Under the pieces are notes generated by a model. The model was not told the origin of the DNA, searched no databases, and saw nothing but the letters and a program-made list of their open reading frames with translations. A DNA stretch of 41,480 bases from a virus. This document shows, in pieces, positions 1-5,715 of the stretch (its first letter is position 1; every line of letters starts with the position of its first letter). The stretch is from IMG/VR virus record IMGVR_UViG_3300044556_000129; one strand, written 5' to 3'. The position numbers and the translations under genes were made by a program.

Positions 1-127
1 GCACTCTGTAAAATGTTGTCTTCATTGTCAAGTACCCACTTGATACGTTCTTCAAATGGGATTTTGTCAAGCCCTGCAAAGCCCGCACCTGCGATGTAGA
101 ACCATTTTAATGATTCTTCATTTGTCA
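1..127. repeat. Terminal overlap: identical to 41354-41480 (circular assembly artefact)
   Basis: Read directly: gcactctgtaaaatgttgtcttcattgtcaag...tcatttgtca occurs at both window ends. The junction lies inside the RNAP ORF. Confidence 0.95.
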
Positions 128-1418
128 AGGGGCTTGGTTCTGCAAAAAGAAGTAGTGCTTTCTGTGTGTCGTCCCCTTGAGGATTCAAGGCAGGACTCAT
201 TGGATAAATGCGTCCCCTATAATCGAGGTTCCATGGGAAATACACACGTTCGTAAACACTATACTTTTTAGCGCACCCTAACGTGGTATTTGTTCTAAGA
301 ACTTTGGATATTCTTGCTCTTTCATGCTTGTAGTACGCTGACAGGCGTTTTTTATGCGCCTCTAATTCTTTGGGCGTCGGGTCAATCAGACGGGGAATTT
401 TTGGTGTTTCGTCCGTTCTAGGAAGACCACCTAACCCACCATGATTTTCCATGATAGACACCATTGTTTCTAGTACTCGCTCATTGATAATAAATGGTGT
501 AGACTGTAAGGCATTTACACACTTGAAAACCCATGTCAAATCTAATTGCTCACATTTTTTTAAATAATGTTCCATGAACGTATTCTTTTGATTAAAATTA
601 GCACGGATGAAATGTGCAAAGGGGGCATTAGCTCCGTAATAAGCACCTTCCCACACTGTTGTCCACGGTTTAGGAGGGATGACACAAGGACTAAACTTAT
701 AACTATTCAACGCCATAATATCAATACTTTTCGCCCATGTCTGTACAAGCCAGTCATTCGCTTTGAGTAGCTTTCGATTCCCTTCTGCTTTATAGTCAAA
801 GTAGCCACTCCCTTGTATTACCGCTTCAAGGATAACAGTCATTAACTTATACAGCCCTTCTTTATCCATAGTTTGCGGCGTGAATTTCATAGTTTTATAT
901 GCTTTTCGTGCATATTGCACTTTAAATGTCATTTGCATACGGTGTTTTAGCCCATCTTCAAAAAATGCCCCATCTTGTCGTGTTGCTTGCTTTAAGTATT
1001 CGTAGCTAATAACTTCTTCCGTGAACGTAGACACAAGTTCATGTAAGTTACTGTTAAAGTCTACATATGTATCCTCCGAGTTATGCATGACAAACCCTAT
1101 CAAAGTGTTTAGAGTGGAGGTTATGCACGTCTTAATAAGTGTGTCTTCGCCCCCTTCATATAAGCTTTTAAGCTGATTTACAACACCTTGATATTTAGGC
1201 ACTACGCCACACTTTTTTTGGGGAAATAAAACGCTTTTAACGTTCATATAACAATCTGAAAAGACATGCTCCATCAGCTTACTACCTAATTTCGTTTCCC
1301 CTGCTGTGCCTTTTAAAGTCGCTTGTTCATATGTAGCACGTAGCACTTTTTCTGCAAAATCTTTTGATTCCTGCTCCAGCTTTAACTGCTCTTGCATAGT
1401 TCCTTTGATTTTTTCCAT
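1..1418 (-). CDS. T7-like single-subunit DNA-directed RNA polymerase, N-terminal part (continues at 41353 across the circular junction; about 869 aa in total)
   Basis: ATG at 1418-1416 is preceded by GGAAGG. The minus frame is in phase with ORF 40162..41319 after removing the 127-bp overlap. Hand translation of 126-300 gives VYFPWNLDYRGRIYPMSPALNPQGDD, matching T7 RNAP WFPYNMDWRGRVYAVSMFNPQGND. Confidence 0.95.
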   Translation of the reverse strand, partial: MEKIKGTMQEQLKLEQESKDFAEKVLRATYEQATLKGTAGETKLGSKLMEHVFSDCYMNVKSVLFPQKKCGVVPKYQGVVNQLKSLYEGGEDTLIKTCITSTLNTLIGFVMHNSEDTYVDFNSNLHELVSTFTEEVISYEYLKQATRQDGAFFEDGLKHRMQMTFKVQYARKAYKTMKFTPQTMDKEGLYKLMTVILEAVIQGSGYFDYKAEGNRKLLKANDWLVQTWAKSIDIMALNSYKFSPCVIPPKPWTTVWEGAYYGANAPFAHFIRANFNQKNTFMEHYLKKCEQLDLTWVFKCVNALQSTPFIINERVLETMVSIMENHGGLGGLPRTDETPKIPRLIDPTPKELEAHKKRLSAYYKHERARISKVLRTNTTLGCAKKYSVYERVYFPWNLDYRGRIYPMSPALNPQGDDTQKALLLFAEPSPLTNEESLKWFYIAGAGFAGLDKIPFEERIKWVLDNEDNILQS

Positions 1419-1456
1419 GGTATTACCTTCCTTTCTAGTAGGTGGAACAATTAACA

Positions 1457-1479
1457 TTTCTTCAATACGTGGCACAATT
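1457..1479 (-). promoter_or_regulatory. Phage RNAP promoter-like element P1, upstream of the RNAP gene
   Basis: The minus strand reads AATTGTGCCACGTATTGAAGAAA. It belongs to a six-copy family with T7-like architecture (AT-rich 5' part, then GAAGAAA). Confidence 0.6.
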
Positions 1480-1545
1480 GATTTCATGAAAGCAAACTAA
1501 TGTTCGATGCTTGATTAAAAAATAATAAAGATAGACAACAATCAT

Positions 1546-1929
1546 CTATCCCCGAACTTTTGTTTGGTGCTTAGGGTATAAATGTGGCGTGTCCTTGTTG
1601 TGATAACAGCGACGAGGTGCGGAGCCATCATATTCCTGCCACAAATGGCACATTTCATGCACCAATGTGGAATAGACTTCTTTGTCGGTTCTTTCGCCAT
1701 CCTTGAGGATGTAATCGGGATTGAGGGCAATTTCACCCCACTGTTCAACACCTTTGGCGTCCGTCCAAATCGAGGGTACGTAATAACCAAATGTATTGCG
1801 TTCGCGGTTTAAAGACAACATAACTTGTGGCAGGCTGTCTTTAAATAATGCTTCGTTGTAATAATCGAATGCCCCCTGTAAAGATTCATACTGTTTTTCT
1901 GTTGGTTTAACTAAAATTTTAGGTTCCAT
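1546..1929 (-). CDS. SprT-like zinc metalloprotease domain protein (early gene)
   Basis: 127-aa ORF with an HExxH motif (LVHEMCHLWQ) in an SprT-like context. RBS GGAAGGAAGG lies upstream. Confidence 0.6.
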   Translation of the reverse strand: MEPKILVKPTEKQYESLQGAFDYYNEALFKDSLPQVMLSLNRERNTFGYYVPSIWTDAKGVEQWGEIALNPDYILKDGERTDKEVYSTLVHEMCHLWQEYDGSAPRRCYHNKDTPHLYPKHQTKVRG

Positions 1930-1953
1930 AATGTACCTTCCTTCCTTGTAAAA

Positions 1954-2025
1954 TGGCTTGTCTCATCAGTATGGCGATTGCCAATCTACCATAGACAAGG
2001 GATTTTAGTCCCCTGTTTCGACACT
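1954..2025 (-). ncRNA. Hammerhead ribozyme, type II topology (HH-A)
   Basis: Minus strand: AGUGUC-GAAA-CAGGGGA-CUAAAA-UCCCUUG-UC^UAUGG-UA-GAUU-GGC-AAUC-G-CCAUA-CUGAUGAG-ACAAGCCA. The full catalytic core is present (CUGAUGA, GAAA, GUC cleavage triplet). Predicted cleavage is after C at 1994. Confidence 0.85.
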
Positions 2026-2278
2026 ATGCAAGAAAGATAAACATATAGAACTTTCCATCTCGATTAATACATATGTATTTACCTACGTCCTCTATATAGT
2101 CAGCTTTTCGTAAAAAATAGGTAGTACAAGAGGGTTCCATACGATTGAGGGGTTTAAAATGAGTGATTGAAAACGACATTCTTCCCTTATGAAAAATTCC
2201 CACGTCAGCAGTGTAACAATCAGTCCTACATACAACTTTTTTTCCTTCTAAAGCTTTATACATTTCTGTTCTTGTCAT
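2024..2278 (-). CDS. Hypothetical 84-aa protein flanked by the two hammerheads
   Basis: ATG ORF with RBS AGAGAGG upstream. Its stop codon UAG overlaps the first nucleotides of HH-A. Confidence 0.55.
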   Translation of the reverse strand: MTRTEMYKALEGKKVVCRTDCYTADVGIFHKGRMSFSITHFKPLNRMEPSCTTYFLRKADYIEDVGKYICINRDGKFYMFIFLA

Positions 2279-2304
2279 GATATATTACCTCTCTTTCAAT
2301 TCAT

Positions 2305-2376
2305 TGGCTTGTCTCATCAGTAGGCAGGTTGCCAGCCTTTCCTAGACACGAGGTTTTAACCCCGTGTTTCGACACT
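2305..2376 (-). ncRNA. Hammerhead ribozyme, type II topology (HH-B)
   Basis: Minus strand: AGUGUC-GAAA-CACGGGG-UUAAAA-CCUCGUG-UC^UAGG-AA-AGG-CUGGCAA-CCU-G-CCUA-CUGAUGAG-ACAAGCCA. The core is identical to HH-A, with compensatory changes in stems I and III. Predicted cleavage is after C at 2345. Confidence 0.85.
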
Positions 2377-2738
2377 TATTTCATATAAACTTTTAACAAT
2401 GTTTTAAGTGCCTTGTTTTCTGCGCGTAGTGCTTGTAATTCCTGTTGAATATGCTGTGCTTCTACTTTTCTGTCTATTTCTTTCTGGTGCTTTTCTATAA
2501 TTTGTGCCTTGTAGTTTTCCGTTTCTTCGTTTATACTTTGTGTTACTTTTTGTACTCGTTGTTTCCAGCGATTAATATAGTTCGGCAAGATGTCGTATTT
2601 TTTAGCTAATTCTTTTCTAGTACTTCCTGCTTCATATTCTTTAACTACCATTGCTTTAAACTCAGGTGTAAATCCCCTCCGTGTGCAGGTAAAGATTTTG
2701 TTAGCATTGATTTTTTGTGTAGTTTCTAAGTTTGTCAT
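2376..2738 (-). CDS. HTH DNA-binding protein, IS3 OrfA-like (HTH_Tnp_1 type) with a leucine zipper; first gene of the early operon
   Basis: RRGFTPEFKAMVVKEYEAGSTRKELAKKYDILPNYINRWKQ resembles the IS3/IS911 OrfA HTH, and the C-terminus is a heptad Leu coiled coil. No DDE transposase ORF follows. Confidence 0.6.
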   Translation of the reverse strand: MTNLETTQKINANKIFTCTRRGFTPEFKAMVVKEYEAGSTRKELAKKYDILPNYINRWKQRVQKVTQSINEETENYKAQIIEKHQKEIDRKVEAQHIQQELQALRAENKALKTLLKVYMK

Positions 2739-2757
2739 AATAAATTACCTCCCATTA

Positions 2758-2881
2758 TTTGTAGTGTTGTTTGAGATTAAAAAAAAATATTTTGTAGTGT
2801 TTTGTAGTGCCTTTCGACTTGACCAAAGTATATCAAACAACACTACATTTGTCAATATAATTTTTGTAGTTTTTTGTAGTG
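2758..2881. promoter_or_regulatory. Operator-like repeat array: TTTGTAGTG x5 direct (2758, 2791, 2801, 2863, 2873) plus one inverted TGTAGTG (2841-2847)
   Basis: Read directly in the divergent intergenic region. The copies overlap both promoters. Confidence 0.6.
2827..2855 (-). promoter_or_regulatory. Sigma70-type early promoter (leftward) for the operon leading to RNAP
   Basis: Minus strand reads TTGACA, a 17-nt spacer (AATGTAGTGTTGTTTGA), then TATACT. The spacer contains a TGTAGTG operator copy. Confidence 0.6.
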
Positions 2882-2907
2882 ACTTTTAAAATTATTTTTG
2901 CTATAAT
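2879..2907 (+). promoter_or_regulatory. Sigma70-type promoter (rightward) for the RHH gene, with an extended -10
   Basis: GTGACT, 17-nt spacer, TGcTATAAT. The -35 overlaps operator copy 2873-2881. Confidence 0.55.
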
Positions 2908-2934
2908 AGAATATATAATAAAAGAGGTGATAAA

Positions 2935-3108
2935 ATGAGCAATCAAAAAATGGAAAATTCAGTCTTTATGCAAATTCGTATTGAGAAAGACACACGTGAC
3001 AAATTTAGGAAACTTTGTAAAGAGAAAGCAATTAATAGTAGTGAATTATTACGTATGCTTATACTCAAGTGGATAAAAAATAATGAGAAAGAATCAAGAC
3101 ACAAGTAA
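2935..3108 (+). CDS. Ribbon-helix-helix (Arc/CopG-like) DNA-binding protein, 57 aa (below the ORF-track cutoff)
   Basis: Hand translation: MSNQKMENSVFMQIRIEKDTRDKFRKLCKEKAINSSELLRMLILKWIKNNEKESRHK. RBS AGAGGTGA lies 5 nt upstream. The pattern is beta-strand then two helices. Confidence 0.6.
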   Translation: MSNQKMENSVFMQIRIEKDTRDKFRKLCKEKAINSSELLRMLILKWIKNNEKESRHK

Positions 3109-3121
3109 TATAGACACAAAA

Positions 3122-3157
3122 AGGCCCCACATAAGCGTAAATGCTCATGTAGGGCCT
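3122..3157. terminator. Bidirectional intrinsic terminator between convergent genes
   Basis: AGGCCC.ACAT.AGC...GCT.ATGT.GGGCCT hairpin flanked by an A-run on the left and a T-rich run on the right. Confidence 0.6.
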
Positions 3158-3166
3158 ATTCTTTAT

Positions 3167-3490
3167 CTATCTATCATGTTTTTGATCAAAGACAACATTA
3201 TTCATATTTTCTATCATTCTTAACTGTGATATATCTTTATCAAGCAGATCTAAATATATACATATCTCTTCTAAATAGTGATTTTCTAATGATATTTTGA
3301 ATAAATTAAGTATTGTCATTATCAAAGCTACATCCAGTTTGTTGTCTTTATTATTGATTGTGTATAAAGCATAAACACAAGCAACCTCTAATAAATAAAA
3401 ATGTTGTTTCATCTTTACATATTTAAAGTAAGTCACAAAAAGAATAAATAAAGTTAATAGAAGACACGCAATAATTATTTTGTTCACCAT
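3167..3490 (-). CDS. Small membrane protein, AT-rich moron-like gene
   Basis: N-terminal TM segment (IIIACLLLTLFILFVTYF). ATG at 3490 with RBS AAGGAAG; the ORF track starts at GTG 3499. It is visibly more AT-rich than its neighbours. Confidence 0.45.
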   Translation of the reverse strand: MVNKIIIACLLLTLFILFVTYFKYVKMKQHFYLLEVACVYALYTINNKDNKLDVALIMTILNLFKISLENHYLEEICIYLDLLDKDISQLRMIENMNNVVFDQKHDR

Positions 3491-3594
3491 TTCCGACACT
3501 TCCTTTATGATATTTTATACCCCTATCATATCACAAATATCTCCGTGTGTCTTTGTGTCTTCTCATTGTGTCTATTAGATACTATACAGTGTTA

Positions 3595-3612
3595 TTGTAT
3601 TGGCTACTACAA
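3595..3612 (-). repeat. 18-nt element copy 1 (minus-strand sense TTGTAGTAGCCAATACAA)
   Basis: Matches 3962-3979 in inverted orientation (17/18) and 25721-25738. Confidence 0.8.
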
Positions 3613-3615
3613 AGG

Positions 3616-3675
3616 TACTAAGAGAGTCTAAGAGGTACTAAGCGATACTAAGAGAGTCTAAGAGGTACTAAGCGC
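3616..3675. repeat. 2 x 30-bp tandem repeat containing six CTAAG motifs at exact 10-bp spacing
   Basis: tactaagagagtctaagaggtactaagcg(a/c) occurs twice. CTAAG starts at 3618, 3628, 3638, 3648, 3658 and 3668. Confidence 0.9.
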
Positions 3676-3891
3676 ATACCAACAGATGACAGAACACATG
3701 TAAAACCACGATTGAACAAAATTTCAAAAAACAACAGATAACCTCATGCCACTCATGAACATATGAACAACTATTCATATATAAAAAGAAACAGATAGTC
3801 AACTAGTAGATTCAGTCAACTATCTAAAAATAAACATACAAATTCTACACGCTTCCGTGCGTATCATATAAAAATCATCTGCGCTCCCACC

Positions 3892-3920
3892 TTGACAAGC
3901 ACGTAATAAGCACTTATAAT
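3892..3920 (+). promoter_or_regulatory. Perfect consensus sigma70 promoter facing the integrase gene
   Basis: TTGACA (3892-3897), 17-nt spacer, TATAAT (3915-3920). The spacer contains ATAAGCACT, the inverted copy of the AGTGCTTAT repeat. Confidence 0.7.
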
Positions 3921-3961
3921 ACTTGTAGAGCTTGATAGTAAGCGATACAGTATTTTACAGG

Positions 3962-3979
3962 TTGTAATAGCCAATACAA
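3962..3979 (+). repeat. 18-nt element copy 2 (TTGTAATAGCCAATACAA) in the integrase leader
   Basis: Read directly. Confidence 0.8.
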
Positions 3980-4071
3980 TTAAGGTTGACTAGGTGCCAT
4001 GGTGTACAATAAGAGAGGAAAAGACTGAAAAGATACTATAGGTACTGTAAAAGTACGGAGCGGCCAAAACG

Positions 4072-4131
4072 AAGGCCATACGGGGGAAAACGGAATCGGA
4101 AGCCCGACACGTAAGGCCTTACAGATTTTTT
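4072..4131 (+). terminator. Terminator/attenuator-like hairpin plus U-run in the integrase leader
   Basis: AAGGCC-TACG-GGG...CCC-CGTA-GGCCTT followed by ACAGATTTTTT. Paired by hand only. Confidence 0.3.
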
Positions 4132-4196
4132 AGAATTTTTAAAGTCCGAAGCGTATCCAAGCGCTTCCAAGCGTACTCGAAAGGAGAAGACACACA

Positions 4197-5306
4197 ATGC
4201 CAAGAACACGACAAAGAAGAAATAAGGGTGAGGGTTCGATAACCAAGACACCCAATGGAAAGTACAAAGCAACCATTACGATTGGAGTTGGAATTGATGG
4301 TAAGCAAAAGAGAAAGTCTGTAACTAGAGACACCAAGCGAGAAGTAATAGACGCCATCACGGAGCTAAGACACAAATATAACATAGGTGATGTATCAAAA
4401 GTGGTGTCTAAGAGCGTCGAGGACGTTTGTGATGAATTTTTAGACATCAAGGAGCAAGCTGTGTCTTTAGCTACCTTTAAATCGTATAGGACACACATTA
4501 ATGCCTTCAAAGAAGTATTTGGGGGTATGATGATAGATAATGTAACAAAGACCATGATTGAGGATTATTATAAATCATTGATAAATAGTCCACATCATTA
4601 TAAATCATCATCCCTGCGGACGAAAAAGACAGTGTTGTCTTCCCTCTTCAACGAAGCGAAGCGTGCAGGATATATAAAGGACAACGTATGGGATACTGCG
4701 AATATACAACTAAAGCGTGTCTTACCCAAAGCGGCCACTATGGTTCTTCCGACACCTGAGCAGTTCCAAAAGCTCTTAGAGGAAGCGGAAAAGTATGCTC
4801 ATTGGTATTATGTACTCCTCTATCTGGCTTCTGTTACTGGAATGAGACGAGGAGAGCTATTAGGTCTTAAATGGGAATGTGTGGATAAAGACACCAAGAC
4901 TATCACCATCAATAATCAATTAAATATAGAAGGTGTCGACAGTCCGTTAAAGACACCTGCATCCTATAGGACAATTTATGTAACCCCAAAGGCATTTGAG
5001 GCTTTAGACACCCTACCTAATAAAAGTCCCTATGTCTTTTCAAGGGACAATGGGATGTTTCGGCCTGTATCGGTGTCATGGCTACAGGAGATTAATGCTG
5101 TTGTCTTTAAGGCCGCTCATATGCCAAAAGGATTTACATTTCATGACATAAGACACTATCATGCCACCCAGCTTTTAAAACATGGTATAAATCCAAAGGT
5201 GGTGAGCAGGAGATTAGGACACACATCTGTGGTTACGACGCTCAATCTGTACTTTAATTATCTTCCCAGTATGGACGAGGAAGCAAGCACAATCTTAGAT
5301 GAATGA
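4197..5306 (+). CDS. int: Tyrosine recombinase / phage integrase
   Basis: 369 aa with catalytic signature R (TGMRRGELLGLKW), HxxR (HDIRHYHATQL) and H...Y (LGHTSVVTTLNLYFNY). RBS AAAGGAGAAG. Confidence 0.93.
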   Translation: MPRTRQRRNKGEGSITKTPNGKYKATITIGVGIDGKQKRKSVTRDTKREVIDAITELRHKYNIGDVSKVVSKSVEDVCDEFLDIKEQAVSLATFKSYRTHINAFKEVFGGMMIDNVTKTMIEDYYKSLINSPHHYKSSSLRTKKTVLSSLFNEAKRAGYIKDNVWDTANIQLKRVLPKAATMVLPTPEQFQKLLEEAEKYAHWYYVLLYLASVTGMRRGELLGLKWECVDKDTKTITINNQLNIEGVDSPLKTPASYRTIYVTPKAFEALDTLPNKSPYVFSRDNGMFRPVSVSWLQEINAVVFKAAHMPKGFTFHDIRHYHATQLLKHGINPKVVSRRLGHTSVVTTLNLYFNYLPSMDEEASTILDE

Positions 5307-5350
5307 GTGCTTATTAAGTGCTTATATGAGAAACAGGCACGAGTGCATGA

Positions 5351-5404
5351 AATTATAAATGGCTAAAAATAGCGGTTGTTCGCTGTTCTTAGCTATTTAT
5401 AATT
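5351..5404. terminator. Long AT-rich hairpin between convergent int and the HTH gene (bidirectional terminator-like)
   Basis: 24-nt arms aattataaatggctaaaaatagcg / cgctgttcttagctatttataatt pair at 21 of 24 positions, with a 6-nt loop. Confidence 0.55.
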
Positions 5405-5472
5405 TTATAAATAACAATGGATAGAATGTGATAAAATAGCCATTTAACAAGTGTTTAAGTGCTTATAGGTGC

Positions 5473-5715
5473 TTATAAGGTAATACTGGTGTCTATTGCA
5501 TGACGCAAGAACTCGTATAGTCCTTTGCGGTGTATTCTCCAATGAGTACCTATTTTGAAGGCTTTCAATGCTTCATTATAACATAGAGCATACACGGTTG
5601 ATAAGGGGACACCAAGCATCTCTGAAACTTCTTTTGGGGAGAAGGTTAGTCTGTTGTCCCATTTATGAGAGGGGGTATAGGTGAAATCATCAACATCAAT
5701 ATTTAAATAGGCCAT
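5473..5715 (-). CDS. Excisionase-family/MerR-like HTH protein (about 80 aa from the internal ATG)
   Basis: EVSEMLGVPLSTVYALCYNEALKAFKIGTHWRIHRKGLYEFL matches the HTH_17/excisionase pattern. ATG at 5715 has RBS AAAGGAG. The longer ORF-track start at 5829 lacks an RBS. Confidence 0.6.
   Translation of the reverse strand: MAYLNIDVDDFTYTPSHKWDNRLTFSPKEVSEMLGVPLSTVYALCYNEALKAFKIGTHWRIHRKGLYEFLRHAIDTSITL

Noticed and set aside
1-127. The 127-bp terminal repeat as the genuine T7-type direct terminal repeat
   Set aside because: It lies inside the RNAP coding sequence and keeps the ORF in phase. T7-type DTRs are non-coding and lie beyond terL, so this is an assembly overlap.
1542-1790. The alternative-frame ORF overlapping the SprT-like gene
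   Set aside because: The 1546-1929 frame carries the HExxH motif and has a strong RBS. The other frame has neither.
1954-2025. A tRNA or tRNA-like gene (the element is about 72 nt and highly structured)
   Set aside because: There is no acceptor/T-arm cloverleaf or GTTCRA box. The sequence fits the hammerhead core instead.
2376-2738. An IS3-family insertion sequence
   Set aside because: Only the OrfA-like HTH/leucine-zipper ORF is present. There is no DDE transposase ORF, frameshift site or terminal inverted repeats, and the gene is embedded in the early operon.
3987-4010. TTGACT...TACAAT as a second int promoter
   Set aside because: The spacer is only 13 nt. The upstream perfect consensus promoter is a far better candidate.
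4036-4555. Three minus-strand ORFs (4036-4272, 4119-4307, 4139-4555) over the int leader and 5' end
   Set aside because: They are antisense to the integrase gene and its leader, have no RBS and give implausible hydrophobic translations.
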